This document shows, one piece after another, positions 16,796-24,286 of a DNA stretch of 42,429 nt. The DNA comes from a phage. The stretch lies in the NCBI GenBank assembly GCA_012697465.1, contig GCA_012697465.1_4985.1; one strand, given 5' to 3'. The notes under the pieces are model-generated. The model saw nothing but the letters and a program-made list of their open reading frames with translations. It made no database searches and was not told the DNA's origin. How positions within the stretch are numbered: position 1 is the stretch's first letter; each line of letters begins with the position of its first letter. The position numbers and the translations under genes are program-made.

Positions 16796-19099
16796 ATGAG
16801 TGCACAACAAAACTATAAGGATTTGACTGAACAGGAAATTGCAGAAGCACTTTCCTACATTGACGCCGGTTGCGACCGTGAAACATGGGTGCGCATGGCT
16901 ATGGCGGTCAAATCGGAATTAGGCGACGGCGGTTTCACCGTCTGGAATGACTGGTCACGCCAGTCTGACAAGTACAACAGCAAAGACGCGCGCGACACCT
17001 GGAAATCAGTGAAGCGTCACGGCGGCATTGGCATTGGCACCCTGATTGGTGAGGCGCAGTTATTTGGCTTTTCGCTGAACGATAACGAACGCACACCGAT
17101 TTCTGCCGAAGAGATTCAGGCGCGTAAAAAACGCCGCGAAGAAGAAGAGCGCAAAGAACAACAACTGCGCGCAGAACGTATGGCGCAGGCAGCAGAGCAG
17201 GCGCGCAACATATGGGAATCAGCTACCGAACTGGAAGGAGATGAACACCCATACCTGAAACGCAAACTTGTTAAATCATTCGGGCTGCGCATCGGTCGTT
17301 TTCGTAACCAGGATGGCGCGCTACTGGTGCCAATCAGAAACATTGACGGGCAGATCACCAGCCTGCAAGCCATATTCCAGAACGAAAACCCACAGCTAGG
17401 GCGTGACCGTGATTACCTTCCTGGTGGTCAGAAACGTGGGTGCTTCCACGTCATTGGCAACAAACCAACTGGTGCAAATCCGGTTATTGTCATCTGTGAA
17501 GGCTATTCCACCGGTGCATCCATTCACATGTCTACCGGTTACTGCGTGGTGGTCGCGTTCGATGCCGGTAACGTGCCGACCGTAGCCAAGTTGATGCGTC
17601 AGCAGTTCGGACGCGCAACAATTGTTGTGGCAGCCGATAACGACCAGTGGCACGAAGATGGCAAGCAAAATGATGGTGTTCACTACGCGCGCCAGGCATC
17701 AATCACCACTGGTGGCCTGCTGGCGGTTCCTAAATTTACGCGCCTTAGCGATAAGCCTACCGACTTCAATGACCTGCACGTACTGGAAGGTTTAAACGCT
17801 GTAAGCAACCAGATTAACGCGGTGATACCGGAACCAGTGAATGATAACTTTCTGCCACTTGATGCCAGCGTAAACCCGTTCATGTTCCCGCACATGAGCC
17901 ACCAGCAAAAACCGCTTAACACGTGGGAAAACCTGGAATGGCTGCTTACCCAGTACGGCATCAAATCGCGTTACAACGAAATCAGCAAAGATGTGGTAGT
18001 TACGATCCCCGGCAAGGATTACGGCAACGACGCATCAGCTAACAGCGCATTGACTGAAATTGTCAGCCTGTGTGCCCGCAACGGTATGCCGTCTGGTTCC
18101 TGTGCTGAGTATGTAAAACTGATTGCCATGAGCAATCGCTACAACCCGGCATCTGAATTTATCACCGCAAAACCGTGGGATGGTGTGAGCCGCATTTATG
18201 ACCTGTGCGATACACTGGAAACGGCGGAAGGTTTTGACCGCAGCCTGGTGTTGATGATGGTTCGCCGCTGGTTGATTTCCGCCGTTGCTGCCGCGATGCA
18301 GCCAACTGGGTTCTACTCAAAAGGCGTTCTGGTGCTACAGGGTGAACAGTCGCTGGGGAAAACAGCATGGTTTCGCTCGCTGGTGCCGCCTACACTGCGC
18401 GAACTGATTAAGGTAGGGGCAACAATCGACCCGGCAAACAAAGATAGCGTCAGCAGCGCAATAGGCCGCTGGATGGTGGAGCTTGGCGAACTGGATGCAA
18501 CTTTCCGTAAATCGGACATCGCACGCCTTAAATCATTCATCAGCCAGGACCGTGACGAAATCCGCAGACCTTATGACCGGCTTGAATCGACCTACCAGCG
18601 CAGAACCGTGTTTTTTGCGTCAGTGAACCCGAAACACTTCCTGGCGGATGACACTGGGAACGTTCGCTGGTGGACTATCCCGGTAACGCGCATCAACTAC
18701 GAACACGATATTGATATGCAGCAGGTTTGGGCTGAAGTGGCGCAGTTGTACCGAGAAGGCGAACGCTGGTGGATGAACGCAGAAGAAGAAGCCATGCTGG
18801 AACAAGTTAACAAGGAACACGAAGCTATTGACCCGGTAGAGGAAATGATACTGATGCGTTACGAGTGGGGTTGCGACAGACCAGCAGCCTATACCGACCG
18901 TACAGCAACGCAGGTGCTGCAAGAAATTGGCTACGACAAGCCGAACAAGGCACAGACTACACATTGTGCAGGGGTGCTGAGAAAACTCACTGGTAAGCCT
19001 GCCAGGAAGTCTGGAAGCAATCGCCTGTTCAGCATTCCGCCGAAGGTGCCAAACCCTGACCACCGGCGATTCAATGACGATGATGACCGGCCATTTTGA
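16796..19099 (+). CDS. DNA primase (PriCT-2 + Toprim + VirE-like P-loop domain), P4-alpha-like replication protein
   Basis: N-terminal PriCT-like segment (DRETWVRMAMAV...FTVWNDW), Toprim core (VIVICEGYSTG...AADND), C-terminal Walker A QGEQSLGKT. Confidence 0.75.
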   Translation: MSAQQNYKDLTEQEIAEALSYIDAGCDRETWVRMAMAVKSELGDGGFTVWNDWSRQSDKYNSKDARDTWKSVKRHGGIGIGTLIGEAQLFGFSLNDNERTPISAEEIQARKKRREEEERKEQQLRAERMAQAAEQARNIWESATELEGDEHPYLKRKLVKSFGLRIGRFRNQDGALLVPIRNIDGQITSLQAIFQNENPQLGRDRDYLPGGQKRGCFHVIGNKPTGANPVIVICEGYSTGASIHMSTGYCVVVAFDAGNVPTVAKLMRQQFGRATIVVAADNDQWHEDGKQNDGVHYARQASITTGGLLAVPKFTRLSDKPTDFNDLHVLEGLNAVSNQINAVIPEPVNDNFLPLDASVNPFMFPHMSHQQKPLNTWENLEWLLTQYGIKSRYNEISKDVVVTIPGKDYGNDASANSALTEIVSLCARNGMPSGSCAEYVKLIAMSNRYNPASEFITAKPWDGVSRIYDLCDTLETAEGFDRSLVLMMVRRWLISAVAAAMQPTGFYSKGVLVLQGEQSLGKTAWFRSLVPPTLRELIKVGATIDPANKDSVSSAIGRWMVELGELDATFRKSDIARLKSFISQDRDEIRRPYDRLESTYQRRTVFFASVNPKHFLADDTGNVRWWTIPVTRINYEHDIDMQQVWAEVAQLYREGERWWMNAEEEAMLEQVNKEHEAIDPVEEMILMRYEWGCDRPAAYTDRTATQVLQEIGYDKPNKAQTTHCAGVLRKLTGKPARKSGSNRLFSIPPKVPNPDHRRFNDDDDRPF

Positions 19100-19104
19100 T
19101 TAAT

Positions 19105-19130
19105 AACCCGCTTCGGCGGGTTTTGTTTTT
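19105..19130 (+). terminator. Rho-independent terminator after primase
   Basis: CCCGC-TTCG-GCGGG hairpin followed by TTTTGTTTTT. Confidence 0.55.
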
Positions 19131-19169
19131 ATTGATAGGTATAAGCGATTATGTGTTTACCAAAGTAAA
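19131..19169 (+). promoter_or_regulatory. Conserved ~40-bp promoter/operator-like element, copy B (ATTGATAGGTATAAGCGATTA...TTTACCAAAGTAAA)
   Basis: Matches 13288-13328 at about 36 positions; followed by TAATAT -10-like hexamer. Confidence 0.5.
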
Positions 19170-19219
19170 TACTAATATGTGTTTAAGAAGTTAAATGCAT
19201 CAAAACGAGGTAATGCGAA

Positions 19220-20122
19220 ATGAAACAAGTAACGATTGACACCGTGCGCGAGCGCATAGCGGAACTGGAAATGGTCAACAGTCACGGTGAACTGTCACTG
19301 CGCGGCGAATTTGAATTGGCGTGTTTGCGGCAGTTGGCGGCATTACAAGAGCGAGTTGCGGAACTGGAAGAAAACGACCGCGAACAAATGGATGAACTGT
19401 ACCGAAGAAATGCGACGATTCACCGGCTGCAACAGCAGGCATCGCAGGTAGTGACGGTCGCGCCGGTAGTGCCGGATGAAATGACACCGGAAATGATGCG
19501 CGCAGTCCAGTTGAATAGCGAACTTGGTGCGTATGCAGTGTCAAACTTATCTGGCGCATATGACCTGTTCTCCGAATTCTGGAAGGTGGCCCGCAGCGCC
19601 GCCATGCTCAACCAGGCGCACCAGGAACCAGACACAGACAACACCGCGCAGCAGTTCGAGGCGTTGGCCACCAGCGCGCAGCGTGAACCAGTGGCTGCGG
19701 TGAAGCACTACACCGGGAATGAATACCCCACTCTGAAATTTGCGCAGAATGAATGGTGCGTATGCGGTGACCGTGATGATGCGCAGGAACTGGCTGACGC
19801 CATCAACGCACTGGCCACCAGAGCGGGAAGCGGCAAGAGTGAACACATGTTGAATGCGGAACGGATAGCCAGGGAAGCGCAAGCACTGTCTGACAGGCTG
19901 AACGCCACCAACGCGGTGCATCCCCGCGTTAGTGGTTGGTCAGAGCGTCAGCAAAAGGTGATTTCTTATGCGCTTTGGCGTTTCAGTTGCGCCGCTTATC
20001 AAAAGGCCAATCAGGCTGCACAGACAAATAACAAAGACATGTTTGATCGCTTTATTCGTGACGCACGATGCGCCGAGGAAATACGCGAGGAATTCACCAG
20101 CGCGTGGGTCGGCAAGCTATGA
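19220..20122 (+). CDS. Hypothetical protein (coiled-coil N-terminus)
   Basis: 300-aa ORF downstream of conserved element copy B; no motif recognised. Confidence 0.5.
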   Translation: MKQVTIDTVRERIAELEMVNSHGELSLRGEFELACLRQLAALQERVAELEENDREQMDELYRRNATIHRLQQQASQVVTVAPVVPDEMTPEMMRAVQLNSELGAYAVSNLSGAYDLFSEFWKVARSAAMLNQAHQEPDTDNTAQQFEALATSAQREPVAAVKHYTGNEYPTLKFAQNEWCVCGDRDDAQELADAINALATRAGSGKSEHMLNAERIAREAQALSDRLNATNAVHPRVSGWSERQQKVISYALWRFSCAAYQKANQAAQTNNKDMFDRFIRDARCAEEIREEFTSAWVGKL

Positions 20123-20436
20123 GCCTGGCAACCGATATTCTGTGGCACGCTTTTGTTACGCAGCATAAACGGAAGTCGAAGCCAAAACCAGCACCAGTGG
20201 TGGCAAAACCAAAACCGGCAGTCACAGCAATCAGCAACCGCAACCTGCACCTGGCGCGCGTTCCATATTGTCAAAGGCGTGATGAAATGTGGCAGACGCG
20301 ATTGATTGATGGAAATCGGAAGATAACATTGGGAAGATTCCACACACTGCAACGCGCACAGATAGCATTGCGACTTTGGCACCTGTGGAAGAAAAGAGGA
20401 TATACCGACATCCCAACCGGACCAAACCGCGATTGA
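20119..20436 (+). CDS. AP2-like DNA-binding domain protein (putative)
   Basis: ATG overlapping upstream stop; MWQTRLIDGNRKITLGRFHTLQRAQIALRLW resembles the AP2/ERF-type beta-sheet DNA-binding fold. Confidence 0.35.
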   Translation: MSLATDILWHAFVTQHKRKSKPKPAPVVAKPKPAVTAISNRNLHLARVPYCQRRDEMWQTRLIDGNRKITLGRFHTLQRAQIALRLWHLWKKRGYTDIPTGPNRD

Positions 20437-20440
20437 AAAG

Positions 20441-20467
20441 TAACCGCCTTCGGGCGGTTTTTTCTTT
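20441..20467 (+). terminator. Rho-independent terminator
   Basis: AACCGCC-TTCG-GGCGGTT hairpin followed by TTTTTTCTTTGG. Confidence 0.6.
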
Positions 20468-20523
20468 GGTTGATTTAACAATATTAACCACTTTTTCTGG
20501 TAAGTAATTGTCATACAAATGCT

Positions 20524-20800
20524 ATTTGGGACTATCTATGGTCCCAAATGGGACTATCTTTTTTTGAGCTGGTCCCACGTTAAGTTACTGATATTAATAA
20601 CGAAAACACCATTTGGGACTATAAGGGACTATCTTTTTATAAAACATTATTTATAAATAAAGGGGGAGTAATAGTATATATAGGGAAATTTGGTCCCACT
20701 TGTCCCAAATCAGCCAGAAAATGGCGTTTTCTTTAAGTTAATCAATAGCATAACAGTGGGACTATCTTTTGCTGAGATAGTCCCAAGTTAGTCCCTTGTT
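20524..20800. repeat. Iteron-like array: about 11 direct and inverted copies of TGGGAC(T/C)ATCT around an AT-rich core
   Basis: Copies at about 20528, 20538(inv), 20550, 20571(inv), 20615, 20625, 20692(inv), 20702(inv), 20758, 20775(inv), 20791(inv); includes two perfect inverted-repeat pairs; no ORF. Confidence 0.65.
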
Positions 20801-20865
20801 ACTTTCGTATATTCTGTGTGCTACAATCCCCATATTGACTTTTATTTATAATTATTGGGGGTTAC

Positions 20866-21300
20866 ATGGAATTACCGCGCACTGTGCAGGAAATAGCTGA
20901 CGTTATTGGCCGTGAACGTGCGCTTTTTCTTATCGGACAACTGCCAAAACTGTGGGTGCCATCGCAGCAATACCACAAAGTCATCCTGTATGTACCAAAG
21001 CGGATTCGACCCAATGACCCACTGGTGAAAATCCTGGGGTGGCATGATTCCAGCAAGATGGTGCAGCACTTCGGAGGTGAAATGCTTCACCCGGCTAATT
21101 GTGAATACATTTACCGCCATTTCATTCACCGCAGCATTAAGCGGATGCACAGCGAAGGAATGGACGCAAAAGCTATTGCGGAACTTCTTGACGTGTCAGA
21201 GCGCACCGTTAAGCGCCATTGCACTGACAAACCCCACAAAGACACATCACCTGCAAATGACAACCATCAGCACCGACTACTAATGACTACGGGGCAATAA
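20866..21300 (+). CDS. Mor/C-family transcriptional activator (putative late-gene activator)
   Basis: 144 aa; central ...ILYVPK... segment and C-terminal HTH AIAELLDVSERTVKRH; directly upstream of the lysis and packaging genes. Confidence 0.4.
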   Translation: MELPRTVQEIADVIGRERALFLIGQLPKLWVPSQQYHKVILYVPKRIRPNDPLVKILGWHDSSKMVQHFGGEMLHPANCEYIYRHFIHRSIKRMHSEGMDAKAIAELLDVSERTVKRHCTDKPHKDTSPANDNHQHRLLMTTGQ

Positions 21301-21305
21301 CTGGC

Positions 21306-21629
21306 ATGAATATTTTTGAGAGGTTTCTGGATAACATTGGATGGGCAATCGCTGGTTTAATGGGTGCGTTGATTGCTGTTCCTTTTCACGATGATAAGAG
21401 CATCAAAGGCCGTCTGTGGTTTGTTTGTAGCGGGCTTGCTTGCTCTTACTTCCTGACTGGCTGGACGTCATGGTTTTACAGCATCCCGCAGCAATACACT
21501 TCGGCTATTGGTTTCCTGCTGGGATCATTTGGCGGTTCGATGGTGGTGGCTGTTATCAGGAAGATTCAGAACGCCGACATTGCGACCTTAATTGAGGCTA
21601 TCAAAAGCAAATTCGGTGGTAACGCATGA
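21306..21629 (+). CDS. Holin
   Basis: 107 aa with three hydrophobic segments and charged C-terminus; first gene of the lysis cassette. Confidence 0.55.
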   Translation: MNIFERFLDNIGWAIAGLMGALIAVPFHDDKSIKGRLWFVCSGLACSYFLTGWTSWFYSIPQQYTSAIGFLLGSFGGSMVVAVIRKIQNADIATLIEAIKSKFGGNA

Positions 21630-21901
21630 CAACTTTTGCCATTAACTTTATCGCCGTCTGTTTCATCTTCATCTGGGCATCATGGTGCGTGGTGTACAGC
21701 GGAGTAAAAGACGGCATTGTTGGAAAACTGTTCTTTTCGCTGGTGGCAATATCAGCACTGGCGGTCATCATTCACACCATCACTGGCCATTACTCACAAC
21801 GGCCATTTGTCACCATGAACGTCAGCATTGCACTGGTTGGCGCTCGTCACGTTTTTTTATCATGGCTTAAGCATTTCAAAGCCGCACATGAGAGGTATTA
21901 A
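21626..21901 (+). CDS. Small membrane protein (second holin/antiholin-like)
   Basis: 91 aa, two to three predicted TM helices, between holin and endolysin. Confidence 0.4.
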   Translation: MTTFAINFIAVCFIFIWASWCVVYSGVKDGIVGKLFFSLVAISALAVIIHTITGHYSQRPFVTMNVSIALVGARHVFLSWLKHFKAAHERY

Positions 21902-21903
21902 CA

Positions 21904-22392
21904 ATGGCTGTTATTACTCCACAACAGGCAGGCGGTAAGAACGTTTGCGCGTTCCTGGATATGATCGCCTACAGCGAAGGCACTGACAACGGCAGACAGC
22001 AAACCAATGACCACGGCTATGACGTGCTGGTTGGTGGTGGTCTGTTCACCGGTTATGCAGACCATCCGCGCAAACTGGTGGCACTGCCTAAGCTGGGCAT
22101 CAAATCCACGGCTGCTGGCCGTTATCAGCTTTTGAGCCGCTATTATGACGCCTACAAAAAGCAATTGGGCCTGAAAGATTTCAGCCCGCTGTCACAGGAT
22201 TTGATTGCAATTCAACAAATCCGTGAACGCCGAGCCTTGCCACTTATTCAGGCCGGTCAGTTTGAACAGGCAGTGCGGCAGGTTCGCAACATTTGGGCTT
22301 CCCTGCCTGGTGCTGGTTATGGGCAGCACGAACAGAAGATTGCCAACCTGCTGGCAGCGTATCGCAACGCCGGTGGAACGTTGGCGGCATAA
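21904..22392 (+). CDS. Endolysin, lambda R-like lytic transglycosylase
   Basis: Colinear with lambda R as I remember it: AFLDMIAYSEGTDNGRQ...HGYDV(L/I)VGG...FT.Y.DHPRKLV...GRYQLLSR..DAY(K/R)KQLGLKDFSP.SQD...NIWASLPGAGYGQ. Confidence 0.85.
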   Translation: MAVITPQQAGGKNVCAFLDMIAYSEGTDNGRQQTNDHGYDVLVGGGLFTGYADHPRKLVALPKLGIKSTAAGRYQLLSRYYDAYKKQLGLKDFSPLSQDLIAIQQIRERRALPLIQAGQFEQAVRQVRNIWASLPGAGYGQHEQKIANLLAAYRNAGGTLAA

Positions 22393-22910
22393 TGGATAAA
22401 TACGCTACTCCTGTGAAACTCATTGTGGCGATAATCATCGCCTTTGCGCTGGTAGCCTTTGGGTATGTATCAGGGTTCAGCAAATCAGATCGTGAATGGC
22501 AGGCCAAATGGTCTGCCCGCGACGCTGCTGACGCACAGGCACACCAGCAATTTACCGAACAACAACGCCGCATAGAACTACAGCGGCAGGGGGCTATTGA
22601 TGCAATTCATGAACAAGCACAGCAAGACATTGCTACAGCGCAGCGCAATGCTGCCATTGCTGCTGCTGAGTCTAAGCGCTTGCAAGACGGTATCGCAGGC
22701 GCCATCACCAGACTACAGGCAGATAGCGGCCATTCCAGCACTGCCATCAGCAGCAAGGCAAGGGCCAGCACCAGCAGCCTGCTTGCCGAGTTGTTCAGAG
22801 AGATTGACGCAGCTGCGGGCATCTATGCAGCAGAGGCTGACAGGGCAAGAGCCGCAGGGCTGACGTGCGAACGGGCTTACGACGCAGTGAGAGCGACATC
22901 ACAACAATGA
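22392..22910 (+). CDS. Rz-like inner-membrane spanin
   Basis: N-terminal TM segment then long coiled-coil periplasmic domain; start overlaps the endolysin stop (TAATG). Confidence 0.6.
   Translation: MDKYATPVKLIVAIIIAFALVAFGYVSGFSKSDREWQAKWSARDAADAQAHQQFTEQQRRIELQRQGAIDAIHEQAQQDIATAQRNAAIAAAESKRLQDGIAGAITRLQADSGHSSTAISSKARASTSSLLAELFREIDAAAGIYAAEADRARAAGLTCERAYDAVRATSQQ
22609..22863 (+). CDS. Rz1-like outer-membrane lipoprotein spanin embedded in the +1 frame of Rz
   Basis: Signal peptide with lipobox LSLSAC then Pro-rich mature part; entirely inside the Rz gene in another frame; start codon choice uncertain (22609 or 22648). Confidence 0.5.
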   Translation: MNKHSKTLLQRSAMLPLLLLSLSACKTVSQAPSPDYRQIAAIPALPSAARQGPAPAACLPSCSERLTQLRASMQQRLTGQEPQG

Positions 22911-22949
22911 AAATATTTTCACGAACGACGCAAAAAATGCTTGACAATC

Positions 22950-23016
22950 TCGATTTTCTCAAAAATCGAAGGTACTTCCGAGGGGGGTACAGCCTGCGGG
23001 GTCATGTTCCCCGCAG
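22950..23016. other. Structured non-coding segment upstream of small terminase (candidate cos/terminase-binding region)
   Basis: Inverted repeat TCGATTTT-CTCA-AAAATCGA (about 22950-22969), G-run GAGGGGGG, inverted repeat CTGCGGGG-N7-CCCCGCAG (about 22994-23016). Confidence 0.3.
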
Positions 23017-23080
23017 AAAGTGACATCTGAGTGAATGTTAAAAACTATTACAACGACTAGTTTGAGAGATAAAAACTATC

Positions 23081-23611
23081 ATGGCCAGACCAAGCAAAAC
23101 CGCCACGCAGCGCGGTTCAATTGTAACAAGGGCGGAAATTGCTGACCTGTTCGGTGTAGCAACGACAACCGTTGATCAATGGGTGCGTTCAGGTTGCCCA
23201 ATTGTTGAAAAAGGCAGCAAGGGCATACCGGCAAAATTCAATACGGCGGAAGTGGCGAGATGGCGAGTAGAAAAGGCAGCAGAGGACGCTGGTGGGCAAG
23301 CAAAGGCCAGCGAGCATGAATTAAAACTGCGGAAACTAGCCGCAGAGACGGCAAAATCTGAACTGGAACTGGCAAAGGCAAAAGGAGAGGTTGCGCCAAT
23401 AATGGAGTTTGAACGAGTTCAGGCTTCCAGGATGTCATCCATCAGGGCAAACCTGCGCAACGTTCCTGCTCGCGCCGTCCTACAACTTCTTGGTTGTACC
23501 GATGAAGCTGAGTTCAAGAAAACGCTTATGGATGAAATTAATCTGGCGTTGGTTACATCAGCAGAACAAGACATCGAAGTTGAAGAAGAAGAACAAGACG
23601 AAGAAACCTGA
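23081..23611 (+). CDS. Terminase small subunit (lambda Nu1-like)
   Basis: N-terminal winged-HTH ADLFGVATTTVDQWVRSGCPIV...GSKGIPAKFNTAEVARW parallels lambda Nu1 as I remember it; acidic C-terminus. Confidence 0.55.
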   Translation: MARPSKTATQRGSIVTRAEIADLFGVATTTVDQWVRSGCPIVEKGSKGIPAKFNTAEVARWRVEKAAEDAGGQAKASEHELKLRKLAAETAKSELELAKAKGEVAPIMEFERVQASRMSSIRANLRNVPARAVLQLLGCTDEAEFKKTLMDEINLALVTSAEQDIEVEEEEQDEET

Positions 23612-23683
23612 TACAATAATTATTGTGGCTAGGGGGCACCCAAAAAGCAGCTTGTCACTGCCTGCCACAACCTTCCGACACCT

Positions 23684-24286
23684 TTGACTGAGGGCAAAAA
23701 AATGGAAATAATCTCTGCAAGCGCAGCAAAAGAGAAAGGGCTTAAATTCTACTTCACCGGCAAACCCTGCAAAAACGGTAGCATTTCACCACGCTGGGTG
23801 TCTGACCGTCATTGTTCATGCGAAAAATGTTCTTCTTCAAAATACCAGCGAGAATTCTCCAGAAAGATGGCCGTCCAAAGGAAGAACGCTGACGCTTACC
23901 GCGCCAGGTTCAAGAAACACAGGGACAAAGACCCAAACGCCTATAAAGAAAAGAAGGCCATCTATCGCTTGGCAAACAAACCCATGAAACGACTTAGCGA
24001 CTCCAAGAGACGGGCAATGGAAAAGAACGCCATTCCTTCATGGTTTGGTGAGTTTGACGATCTTGCCATGAAAGAAGCATTCAACCTGGCAAAAGAACGG
24101 GAAAGCCAGACAGGTTTCCCCTGGAATGTTGACCACATGGTGCCATTGCAGTCGCCAATCGCATGTGGCTTGCACTGCGCAGCCAATATCCAGGTAATTC
24201 CAGCAACAATAAATTTGCAGAAACATAACAAGATGATTCTAACTGAGCCGAACGAATGGATAATAAACAGCAATTCAGCAACCTAA
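23684..24286 (+). CDS. HNH endonuclease
   Basis: C-terminal VDHMVPLQ...H...NIQVIP...N..KHNK HNH motif plus N-terminal Cys cluster; AT-rich, Lys-rich; overlaps the start of the large terminase gene. Confidence 0.55.
   Translation: MTEGKKMEIISASAAKEKGLKFYFTGKPCKNGSISPRWVSDRHCSCEKCSSSKYQREFSRKMAVQRKNADAYRARFKKHRDKDPNAYKEKKAIYRLANKPMKRLSDSKRRAMEKNAIPSWFGEFDDLAMKEAFNLAKERESQTGFPWNVDHMVPLQSPIACGLHCAANIQVIPATINLQKHNKMILTEPNEWIINSNSAT

Noticed and set aside
20524-20800. Possible CRISPR array because of the many short repeats
   Set aside because: Repeats are only about 10 bp, occur in both orientations with irregular spacing and no uniform spacers, and there are no cas genes; an iteron/operator array fits better.
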